A DNA stretch of 64,000 bases from an uncultured Planctomycetota bacterium (GTDB lineage Bacteria > Planctomycetota > B143-G9), in assembly GCA_964571525.1 (NCBI GenBank), contig CAZNBY010000003.1:40308-104307 (forward strand), read 5' to 3'. This document shows positions 1 through 8,095 of the stretch, in pieces (within the stretch, counting starts at the first letter, position 1; every line of letters starts with the position of its first letter). The notes under the pieces are model-generated. The model made no database searches. It was given only the letters and a program-made list of their open reading frames with translations, and was not told the origin of the DNA. Both the position numbers and the translations under genes were made by a program.

Positions 1-796
1 AGCCGATACGGGTCTTCCAGTCGCGAAGCTCGGTGAAGGATGAGACGAGATCGGGCGATGTGATGATAAGGTAGTCAACATCGTTTGCATCAACTGGTGA
101 AAGCGGAGCCTTACCGTCAATCGGTGCTTCTAAAAGCGTCCTGCCAACTGGTGATAAATTCGGGAAAAACTCGGCCTGTGGATTAAGCGTTCTTGCTCTT
201 TCCTCGGCATAAAACGAGCTGAAATGCCTCTCCGGTGCAGTTGTGGGGTCTCCATCTATCTTGCAAGTAACCGTGATTGTCATTTCGGTCGCAATACGCA
301 ACACGCGCGATATTGGATTGTAAGCGAATTGGTGGGCGTAGAACGATACCTTCTTGATGCCGCGCCGCGTAGAAATCTCCGGTCTTCCGTGAAGTGCAGA
401 GGGATAGAAAGAGTCAATTCCGTAGATAGCGGCATCGGGTTGTGTGAACTCAAAAATCTCGTCACCCGCAACCGGTCTTTGCTTAGGACGAAGTGGGGCA
501 TCAAGCTGTATATCCGTATAGGTGGCAAGAATCTGAACCGTAGCTGCCGTGGTGCGAGTGTCAACTATAAACGACGCCAGCTTTGCGGGTAGCATTGGTG
601 CACCGACTGAGCCTGGGTAGAAGTAACCGGCTTCAACCGTGGGGGAGACGGTTGTATATCCATCGCGCACGGCGATTACATAGTCAGCCTTCGATATTGT
701 TATACGCGCAGATACGACGGACTCACCAAAGCCTGCCGTATAGCAGAATGCGCAGAACAACACCAAGACGAGCAAAATAAGATAGGGTCGTCTCAT
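1..796 (-). CDS. Secreted C25-type (gingipain-like) cysteine peptidase, N-terminal part; the window cuts the gene at its 3' side
   Basis: The reverse complement of 1..796 translates without a stop, starting at the ATG at 794-796 (MRRPYLILLVLVLFCAFCYTAGFGES...), so an N-terminal signal peptide is present. The end of the visible part reads ...DANDVDYLIITSPDLVSSFTELRDWKTRIG, which resembles the start of the catalytic domain of peptidase C25. The ORF track omits it because it runs off the window edge. Confidence 0.45.
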   Translation of the reverse strand, partial: MRRPYLILLVLVLFCAFCYTAGFGESVVSARITISKADYVIAVRDGYTTVSPTVEAGYFYPGSVGAPMLPAKLASFIVDTRTTAATVQILATYTDIQLDAPLRPKQRPVAGDEIFEFTQPDAAIYGIDSFYPSALHGRPEISTRRGIKKVSFYAHQFAYNPISRVLRIATEMTITVTCKIDGDPTTAPERHFSSFYAEERARTLNPQAEFFPNLSPVGRTLLEAPIDGKAPLSPVDANDVDYLIITSPDLVSSFTELRDWKTRIG

Positions 797-1070
797 CACA
801 AACGCTCCAGAATGATTGTGGGCATTCGATATTATAACAGCAATTTCAGAGTTACACTATTAACAATGAGACGCACAAATGGCACACTTGTTCGAAGCAG
901 AGTAGGGGGAGATGGCTTTTTCTGATGCTTATCTGCTCTGATGCCAATCTTGCCTTGCGCTTACAGTCATCAGGCAGGTTCTATTCAAGCAACAACCTGT
1001 AACAGGTCTGTACTATATAAGGTCACACGGATCTTATTAGCCTCTCGCACAACTTTGAAGCTTCTACAAG

Positions 1071-2384
1071 ATGCGTCTCACCCACTCTATATGGTTGGTG
1101 TTTATGCCGCATAACGCTTGTCTGACACATCGTTCTTGCCTTTTCGCATTGCTTCTATGTATGGTGTTCGCTTTTCAGTCGTTCGCATGGCCTGAGGAGT
1201 CAAAAAGGCTTAGCGATATTGAGGTCAATACATACAAGATTCCCTCTGTGGTTGGCGCATATAAAAAGCAGGGCAAGGAGGAGTTGAGAGAGATAGAGAT
1301 TGCCGACTTTTGGGTGCGAAGCGGCAGCAATCTGATTTTCACGCGAGGCGATTACGAGCAGACTGGCAAACTGCTCGTCTATTCCCTCAATACTCAGAAG
1401 AACGAGACAAGCTTGCTGCTCGAAATGACCGGTGTGCATGGTTATCTGCCCAACCGAAAGGGTTGGCTGTATATCTGTAGAGATGACGAAGAGGACGGCA
1501 GGATTATTGACAGGCGCGAGTATCGCGGTGGGTTTATCTGCAAAAGCTTCAGCTCGGTGTTGCCAAGTGACTCTCGCATAGTTAACTGGCATCGTGCCTC
1601 AAGCGAAAGTCGTTACGCCTGCCTTTACTCACCCGAGACGAAACAGCTTGGCATTTATGACATGGCGAAGCTGCTGCCGACCTATACGAAGATGCCAGAC
1701 AACATTGATATCCACATCGTTGACTCTTGCACCGATGACTATATCTACTTGCATGCGACAGAGTACGATAACGGAGCCGCATCGTACAAGCATCAGATGC
1801 TTATCAACGAGCAGGGGAAGTGGGTCGAAAGAGACTACAAGCACTACAACATGATGTTCGTCTTTCCCTACATCATCAAGTTCACACAAAGTGCAACCGA
1901 TACGGCGAGCCTTTCAGTGTCTGAAATTGGCAAGACGGAGGACAAGAACCTGACCGAGGCATCAATAAAACCGCCTTTCTTCGCCAAGGCGCTTCCCTCT
2001 GGCCTTATGCTTGTTTCGACAAACGGTCTTTCGCACAAGAAGGATGGTTTCACCTTAAAGGATAGGGACTTCGACTATTGGGTTCAGATGGCGAACGAGG
2101 AGTTTCCCCGTATGAAGGGAAACGCAAATGGTTTGCTGCTGGGTATAAGCCCCGAGGCGATTGTCTATCGCAGATCGAACGCGATCATTGTCAACACTCG
2201 CGAAGTTGCGCAGTTTAAGGGAAAGTTCGTATCCTTCGACTGGCTTGACAACACCCTGTTTATCGTATCAAAGGAGGATGAAGCTTACGAGCTAATCGTC
2301 ACAGAGATTAAGCTCCCTCACAAAATCCCATTCCTTCGCAACTCCATGCAAGGCTCTCATCCCCCCACCATTTGGTGCCAGTAG
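1071..2384 (+). CDS. Hypothetical secreted protein of 437 aa, no recognisable domain
   Basis: Long ORF whose N-terminus has a hydrophobic stretch (SCLFALLLCMVFAFQSFA) consistent with a signal peptide. It converges on the downstream operon, leaving only a 5-bp gap to the stop of the next gene. The start codon is uncertain. Confidence 0.5.
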   Translation: MRLTHSIWLVFMPHNACLTHRSCLFALLLCMVFAFQSFAWPEESKRLSDIEVNTYKIPSVVGAYKKQGKEELREIEIADFWVRSGSNLIFTRGDYEQTGKLLVYSLNTQKNETSLLLEMTGVHGYLPNRKGWLYICRDDEEDGRIIDRREYRGGFICKSFSSVLPSDSRIVNWHRASSESRYACLYSPETKQLGIYDMAKLLPTYTKMPDNIDIHIVDSCTDDYIYLHATEYDNGAASYKHQMLINEQGKWVERDYKHYNMMFVFPYIIKFTQSATDTASLSVSEIGKTEDKNLTEASIKPPFFAKALPSGLMLVSTNGLSHKKDGFTLKDRDFDYWVQMANEEFPRMKGNANGLLLGISPEAIVYRRSNAIIVNTREVAQFKGKFVSFDWLDNTLFIVSKEDEAYELIVTEIKLPHKIPFLRNSMQGSHPPTIWCQ

Positions 2385-2389
2385 GAGGA

Positions 2390-3652
2390 TTAGTCATTAA
2401 CCTCACCGTGTGGTGGTCTTGCTGCGAATATAATCAACTTTAGCTCTGTATCATCAATCAGTTCATAAATTGGCCTGATACCAGATAGTCTTTCGCTTTC
2501 AGTAATAATGATTGGCACACCCTCTCCGCGTTTGTCCATGATGAAGTTACGCCTGCAATCCTCGATTTGCGTTTTCAAAGGGCATCGCGCAAGCAATGAT
2601 GTCAACAGCTCATTTCTTGAAGACTGTCTTTCTGAAAGGCTGCTGATCGTCATTGTGTTAGGAATTGTGCCTGGTGAGAATATTTCGATGCGATCGGCGA
2701 ACATGTGTAATCTGATCTTCGATCCATATATCGAATAGTCTCTATGCGCAACCGCGTTTGTCACAGCCTCGAAGACTGCGTTCATGGAGTATTGCGGTAT
2801 TTCTCTCCTGTTTGGTGCCTTGATACCGAAGATGCGCATGTTCTTATTTACGAAGTCGCATGCCTTTGATATCTGAAAGTCCAACGGACCAGTTACTTCC
2901 TGTGCATCCAGTTGATATGACGCGTTCCGTTCAACACCACGATACGCGACTGCTTGAATGAAGGCGCTCTTAATGTATTCGTGAGGGGTTTTGCATGTCA
3001 TCAATATGCCGCTTACAGTCGGATAGATCTTTCCGTTTTCATCTCTTGTGACGAGACAAGCCTTTAATAGAAAATCCCGATCATCAACAGGCGACAACGG
3101 GGTTCTGAAGCGATTCCAAAGGTCATGTTCCATGCAATCGAGTGGTGCATTTGGAACAGATTGCTCATCAAATCTTATCAGGCGTACTTGGCTCCTTTGC
3201 TGGAACAATCTCGCAAGATAGTCTGGCGACATTTCACGCTTTGAGCTTCCTTGCCTGATGAAGTAACCATTTGGGCTTTTGTGCACAAACAGGCTTCTTG
3301 GTATCTCGATTTTGATTATTGACCTGAAAGTGCCTGTTGTATCGGGCAATTGCATTCGGAAAGTACGAAAGACTACCGGTGGCTTTATGCTGTCGCTGCA
3401 AACTTCGAAGACATACTTTTCTGCTGCTTCAAGGAGATCGGTTGGGATGCCCTCAATGTCGCGTGTCTTGTCGTTGACACCAAGCACGACGACAGCTTCG
3501 CATGTATTTGCGATCGCAGCGATTTCATCAGCAAGGTCACTCCTTGTCGGGTCTGACACGCTGTGGCCTTTGAAGCGTAACGATTTCAATTCGAGACTTG
3601 AATCCTCCCCGAGCCGAATTTTATCTAACAGATGTTCAGGGCTATCGAACAT
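2390..3652 (-). CDS. ATP-binding protein with a Schlafen-like AlbA_2 (divergent AAA) N-terminal domain and a C-terminal HATPase_c_4 domain, the family often annotated as a RecG-C-terminal-like transcriptional regulator
   Basis: The N-terminus (LELKSLRFKGHSVSDP...IAAIANTCEAVVVLGVND) has the architecture typical of AlbA_2/Schlafen divergent-AAA domains. The C-terminal region carries the motif AVTNAVAHRDYS characteristic of HATPase_c_4. Its start overlaps the stop of the upstream gene by 11 bp (3642-3652). Confidence 0.7.
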   Translation of the reverse strand: MFDSPEHLLDKIRLGEDSSLELKSLRFKGHSVSDPTRSDLADEIAAIANTCEAVVVLGVNDKTRDIEGIPTDLLEAAEKYVFEVCSDSIKPPVVFRTFRMQLPDTTGTFRSIIKIEIPRSLFVHKSPNGYFIRQGSSKREMSPDYLARLFQQRSQVRLIRFDEQSVPNAPLDCMEHDLWNRFRTPLSPVDDRDFLLKACLVTRDENGKIYPTVSGILMTCKTPHEYIKSAFIQAVAYRGVERNASYQLDAQEVTGPLDFQISKACDFVNKNMRIFGIKAPNRREIPQYSMNAVFEAVTNAVAHRDYSIYGSKIRLHMFADRIEIFSPGTIPNTMTISSLSERQSSRNELLTSLLARCPLKTQIEDCRRNFIMDKRGEGVPIIITESERLSGIRPIYELIDDTELKLIIFAARPPHGEVND

Positions 3653-6515
3653 TTCTGCCCTCCAGTGCTATGCGATCGTAACGCTGTTTGAAGGCTATCT
3701 CGCCCCCTTCCATGATGTCACATATTGTCTTGCGTACCTTTTCGACCTGAAGACAATCAGCAACACTCTGCTCAGTTTGACCTTGTTTTGCATCTAAGGC
3801 GACGACCAGTTCTGCATCGCCGTTAACAACGATATTTGCGTTGTGAGTTACGACAATAACTTGGCGATTAGGCTTTATACGGCGTAACTGCTCCACAATC
3901 AGATCATATATCAATCGGTTATCAAGATCATCTTCTGGTTGATCGAGAATCAAAGGTGAATCATCGTAAGAAAGAAAGAACGCGAGCAGCGTGGCAGTTT
4001 TCTGCCCTGGTGAACCGTCACTAATGGGGTTGTACTTACCATTAGATGAAAGGAAGCTGACTGCAATCGAGTCTTCTGGATACCAAAAAGCGAGCCTATC
4101 GAGCACTTCAGGTGACAACTTTGAAAGGTAGTTCGCAAAACGAAGGTCTTTCGCTGTTGTGTTTTGACCGTTCTTTGCATATTCCCTAATCGTGTCCTTG
4201 AACCTTTTTAGCTTCATTTCCATCTCGGTTCTGTCAGGATTGCCTTCATATAAATTATTAAAAAGACTATCAATATCCTTTGCGAATCTGTCCTGTTCCC
4301 TACCAATTAGTGTGCTGAAATTTCTCTCGCTCTCTTGTTTGTTGCCGAACAATTTGATTTCGATTCTAACAAATTTATTGTTTTTGCATATATCTTCAAC
4401 AGTTTTTCGCCTCATTTCTGTTAAATTATTGCGCATGTAGAAAATATTGCTTAGTATCTGCTCTGATTTGGCTTCAAGGTCTGCGATGATTATCTTGTTA
4501 GCTTCTTTCTCTTTTATCTGTTTTTCAATGGCCTGATGTTTCTGTATGAGAAATCCATATTCACTTGGATCTGATACGCCTTTTATCTTGAGTTGTTCTA
4601 TAAGGTTAAAGTGTGCGGTTTCTGTGTTCTTCACATTGCGTTGCCATTCGGATGCTAATCTGTCTTGCAGCCATTTTTCTGCTGCCGCTTCTGCACTTGA
4701 GGCGAGTTTGGATATGTTGAGGGATATCTCTTCAAAGACCTCTGCTGTTTTCTCTAAACGAGAAAGCAACTCACTTTCTTCTACTCGGCCAAGGTCGAAT
4801 GATGAACGGTCAAGTGTATCAGGCAATACTTCATTGCCTGTTTTTCTCAGTTTGCTGACAATGTCTGTTAGTCTGCTTTCCCATGACTCAAAAGCGCCTA
4901 CCTGTCTGCGACATCTTTGGTATTCCTTAAGCAGCTCTGAGTGTCCATGTTGCTCGAACACTTTAATCTTCTTCTGAATATCATCTAAATCACCCTTCAA
5001 ACGCGTGATTTCATCAATAGAAGCGGTGAGCTCGCGGATTTTTGCCCTTGTCGTTAAGTAGTTTCTCTCTGCAGCAACGCGTTCCTCCTCAAGTTCGCGA
5101 AAGCGTTGACTTGCTTCGTCAATCTTTTTAATCAGCGCCGATGGAACACCAGCGATCTGGAATATCTGCTTTTGGCTATATATGCTCGCGGGGAACCGTG
5201 AAGCAACATCTCCCTCACTCTTCTTCCATGTGCCATCGCTTTGCTCTTCCTCTATTGGATCCAGAGTGCCTTGCACATTCCATTGCACACGATATAGAAC
5301 TTGACCCTTTCGATAATAGACACGCACTACAGAATCGTTTCGCAAAAGCCCTGACTCATAGTCGTCTTTGGAACGCCTGTATTTAAGGAAGTCGCTTTTC
5401 ATTTCCTCTGGAAGCTCGTCCAACTCATTATCTCTGCGCAAGGCAACGCGAATAAGCTCTACAATTGTTGACTTGCCTGTCCCTCGTCCCCCAATAATCG
5501 CGTTCATACACGGATTGAAACTCAGCACAAAGGCCTTGTTGTTGCCTATATATTGTGCCCTTTCGATCTCGATTCGCTCGATATATGCTCCAGTATGATG
5601 GTTAAGATCGGAATCAGTTGAAACCTCGTCAAAACGCTTAACTGACATTTCTCCATCAAGAAGCGCTAACCTTAATCCTTCAATGCATGGAGTTCCCATC
5701 TTGACCCATGTGTAGTGGCTCCCTGGGTAGTTGCTGTGCTGCGATGAATCGGGATGATGCGAGTCTGAGCCAATTACAATCGTAGGTTTCTTGTTGGCTT
5801 CATAGAAAATCTTAGGGATATCCTTTTTGCGGTCAACTACTTCCATCGCATACAGCTTATCTTGTATGTTACTTGCGTCAGGACCTTTCATGCTGAACAA
5901 GCCAGCGTCTTTGTCAGAGTGCGCGGGAATAGGAATGCCGCCCGCTTTTTCAATCTCCCGAATCACTTCAATCATTGTCTTGGTCGTTGCATGCTCGCAA
6001 TACCCATTCTGCCCTTTATAACCAACTGCTCCAATCAGCTTGTTAATATCGCTTGTAGTGGTCTTTTGCCCAAATATAGCAAGTAGGTGTATGCCGCCCG
6101 ATACACTTATTTCGATACCGGGGAATAGGTATAGCTCGCGGTAGTCCTTGGGCTGCTCTGCTTTTAGCTTGCTGAGGGCTTGTTTCAGTATGTCTATGTG
6201 ATCGCCCGAGTTATGATCTGTTACTGCGACGCAGTCAATTTCAGCCTTCATGAAGCCAAGGAGCCAGTCTTTTGCAGTAATTTGCTTACTCGAAGTTTGG
6301 TGCGTTCCTTTTCCGTAATCACAAGAACTTGGTGTATGAGCATGGAAGTCGAACTTCCACCAACGAGCACCAACCCAGTTTATCTTGCTCATCTTATCCC
6401 CTTGCTTATAGGTCTGAACTGCGATTATATGGGCGTACTGTATCAGCGATTCGTCACCTATGTCAATAAACGCAGTTGTTGAGCGTATTGTGCTCCCTTG
6501 TGAATCAGGTACCAC
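3642..6515 (-). CDS. Fusion protein: N-terminal PHP-family phosphoesterase joined to a Rad50/SbcC/SMC-like ABC ATPase with a long coiled-coil insert (957 aa)
   Basis: PHP motifs are present: FDFHAHTPSS (HxH), VAVTDHNS, GIEIS, IPAHSD. Walker A is IIGGRGTGKSTIV. About 400 residues rich in heptad-like K/E/L/R sequence follow (coiled coil). The C-terminus carries an ABC signature-like SPGQKTATLLAF, Walker B LILDQPEDDLD, and an H-loop VIVVTHNANIV. Confidence 0.8.
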   Translation of the reverse strand: MVPDSQGSTIRSTTAFIDIGDESLIQYAHIIAVQTYKQGDKMSKINWVGARWWKFDFHAHTPSSCDYGKGTHQTSSKQITAKDWLLGFMKAEIDCVAVTDHNSGDHIDILKQALSKLKAEQPKDYRELYLFPGIEISVSGGIHLLAIFGQKTTTSDINKLIGAVGYKGQNGYCEHATTKTMIEVIREIEKAGGIPIPAHSDKDAGLFSMKGPDASNIQDKLYAMEVVDRKKDIPKIFYEANKKPTIVIGSDSHHPDSSQHSNYPGSHYTWVKMGTPCIEGLRLALLDGEMSVKRFDEVSTDSDLNHHTGAYIERIEIERAQYIGNNKAFVLSFNPCMNAIIGGRGTGKSTIVELIRVALRRDNELDELPEEMKSDFLKYRRSKDDYESGLLRNDSVVRVYYRKGQVLYRVQWNVQGTLDPIEEEQSDGTWKKSEGDVASRFPASIYSQKQIFQIAGVPSALIKKIDEASQRFRELEEERVAAERNYLTTRAKIRELTASIDEITRLKGDLDDIQKKIKVFEQHGHSELLKEYQRCRRQVGAFESWESRLTDIVSKLRKTGNEVLPDTLDRSSFDLGRVEESELLSRLEKTAEVFEEISLNISKLASSAEAAAEKWLQDRLASEWQRNVKNTETAHFNLIEQLKIKGVSDPSEYGFLIQKHQAIEKQIKEKEANKIIIADLEAKSEQILSNIFYMRNNLTEMRRKTVEDICKNNKFVRIEIKLFGNKQESERNFSTLIGREQDRFAKDIDSLFNNLYEGNPDRTEMEMKLKRFKDTIREYAKNGQNTTAKDLRFANYLSKLSPEVLDRLAFWYPEDSIAVSFLSSNGKYNPISDGSPGQKTATLLAFFLSYDDSPLILDQPEDDLDNRLIYDLIVEQLRRIKPNRQVIVVTHNANIVVNGDAELVVALDAKQGQTEQSVADCLQVEKVRKTICDIMEGGEIAFKQRYDRIALEGRNVR

Positions 6516-6695
6516 TCAGCAAATCTGGAACATGCAAACAGATGCACAATTACTTGCTGTTGATACGCAAACGAGGGTTGAATCTCCGAGCTTCATGTAC
6601 ACCAATGCTATACTACTCAGTATACCGAAAAATGCAACTTGATTGATGTTCGCTCTGTCGCGTTTTGAAACCGTGGCAATATCGCTTTTGCCCCG

Positions 6696-6728
6696 TAAAA
6701 ACGAAAAGGGCTGCATTGCTGCAGCCCT
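6696..6728 (-). terminator. Intrinsic terminator following the tRNA-Val/tRNA-Asp pair
   Basis: Perfect 9-bp inverted repeat agggctgca/tgcagccct (6707-6715 and 6720-6728) with loop ttgc. On the minus-strand transcript a T-rich tract follows (reverse complement of ccccgtaaaaacgaaaa). Confidence 0.55.
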
Positions 6729-6737
6729 GTATTTATC

Positions 6738-6814
6738 TGGCGAGGATGACGGGATTCGAACCCGCGACCTTCGGATCGACAGTCCGATGCTCTATCCAAT
6801 TGAGCTACATCCCC
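6738..6814 (-). tRNA. tRNA-Asp, anticodon GTC
   Basis: The reverse complement folds as a cloverleaf. Acceptor stem is GGGGATG/CATCCTC, discriminator G, and CCA is encoded. Anticodon stem TCGGA/TCCGA carries loop CTGTCGA. The T-loop is TTCGAAT. Confidence 0.85.
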
Positions 6815-6826
6815 GCAATTTGTAAA

Positions 6827-6903
6827 TGGTGGGCGATACCGGACTCGAACCAGTGACCCCTTGCTTGTAAGGCAAGTGCTCTAGCCGACTGAGCTAATCG
6901 CCC
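6827..6903 (-). tRNA. tRNA-Val, anticodon TAC
   Basis: Reverse complement is GGGCGATTAGCTCAGTCGGCTAGAGCACTTGCCTTACAAGCAAGGGGTCACTGGTTCGAGTCCGGTATCGCCCACCA. Acceptor stem is GGGCGAT/ATCGCCC and the anticodon loop is CTTACAA. Confidence 0.85.
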
Positions 6904-6976
6904 TTAACTCCTAAAATTCTACCCGTCTATAACGATTTGTCAAACCGTTTTTGCCAAAGTCAGCGCCGCGTTGTAG

Positions 6977-8095
6977 TTACAGATTGTAGTCGTCATCGTC
7001 GTCTGGCGGTGCGTCGAGGTTTAGTTTGCTGCGCATCTTCGCAGGTGACGCAATACGCCATGCTTCCGCAATTAGTGCCATCATTGCGGGTGGTTTTATG
7101 CCGATTTTTCCGCTTTCAGCCATTAACGCGGCAAGGTAGTCAAGGCCGGCATCTACTTTGCCAAGCTCGAAGCTGAGGCTCGTTGCCTGCGCAAGCGAGT
7201 TCATTAGCATAGGTATCTCGTTCAAATCGCGCGCCCGTTCGATGACTGTGTTAATAACCTCTATCGCCTTATCGGTTTGCCCGCTGTTTGCAAGCTGGGT
7301 GGAAAGCTGATCGAGCGACGAAAGGTGCGAGGGCAGGGCACCGATGTTTGCGAATAGCTGCCCAGCGGTCTTTGTTTGGGAAATTGCAGTATCGTCATCA
7401 CCTGCGTACTCAACGCAGCGACCATAGACGAGCCTGACATGCGCCTCATCCCACTTCCATCCCCTCTGATTCGCGATTGATACTGCTTTTACAAAATGCT
7501 GTTCTGCATCATCAAGGTCGCCGAAATGCGAAAGCTGTTCGGCGGCAAGCGCGATTGTCAACGGATCGTCGCACTGGTTCGCACATGAATTTGCTACTGT
7601 GAGCAGCAGATCCTCTGCACGCTCTGTCTCAACTACAAGCCCAAGGTTTCGCGCAGCAATTACAAGACCCTCGCACGCGGCAAGCTTAAGATGAGAAGGA
7701 GGCTCTGATTTTAGGGTGCGATATGCATGCGTGAAGTATGTTAACGCGGCTTCATCTTGTTGCATAATCTGAAGCAACTCGCCGCGCTTCAAATTCAGTT
7801 TGGTCTTCAGATCCGGTGGAACATCGTCGGGCGTTTCGAAACCCATTAAAGTGTTAAGCGCGTCAGAGTGCTTTCCTCCTGCCTGACTGATATCCGCGTG
7901 CAGAAGTATATACTCGATCTTGAGATCCGATGAGTTGGTCTCTATTTCGTTCGCGCAAGATTTGGCTTCAGCGAATCGCCCCATTCGAAGCAGTGCAGTG
8001 GCTCGCGCCCAACATCCAGAAAATGACTTTTCCTGAATGTTTGCAAGATCGGCAAACTGCCCTTTGTGAAGCATGTCGTCATACCGTTCTCTCAT
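6977..8095 (-). CDS. Hypothetical helical, TPR-like protein of 372 aa
   Basis: ORF overlapping the ScpA stop by 17 bp, so it lies in the same operon. Sequence is helical and repeat-like with an acidic C-terminal tail (DAPPDDDDDYNL). It shows no similarity to ScpB. Confidence 0.55.
   Translation of the reverse strand: MRERYDDMLHKGQFADLANIQEKSFSGCWARATALLRMGRFAEAKSCANEIETNSSDLKIEYILLHADISQAGGKHSDALNTLMGFETPDDVPPDLKTKLNLKRGELLQIMQQDEAALTYFTHAYRTLKSEPPSHLKLAACEGLVIAARNLGLVVETERAEDLLLTVANSCANQCDDPLTIALAAEQLSHFGDLDDAEQHFVKAVSIANQRGWKWDEAHVRLVYGRCVEYAGDDDTAISQTKTAGQLFANIGALPSHLSSLDQLSTQLANSGQTDKAIEVINTVIERARDLNEIPMLMNSLAQATSLSFELGKVDAGLDYLAALMAESGKIGIKPPAMMALIAEAWRIASPAKMRSKLNLDAPPDDDDDYNL

Noticed and set aside
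800-6737. Search for a tRNA-Asp 3'-end direct repeat (att) and an integrase flanking the AT-rich block
   Set aside because: No copy of the tRNA 3' segment and no integrase or recombinase ORF was found in the window. The island call therefore rests on composition and position only.
6617-6856. Several 60-66-aa ORFs on both strands
   Set aside because: They overlap the tRNA-Asp/tRNA-Val genes and their terminator, giving the characteristic GFEP/RDSNP tRNA-derived peptides. They are spurious.
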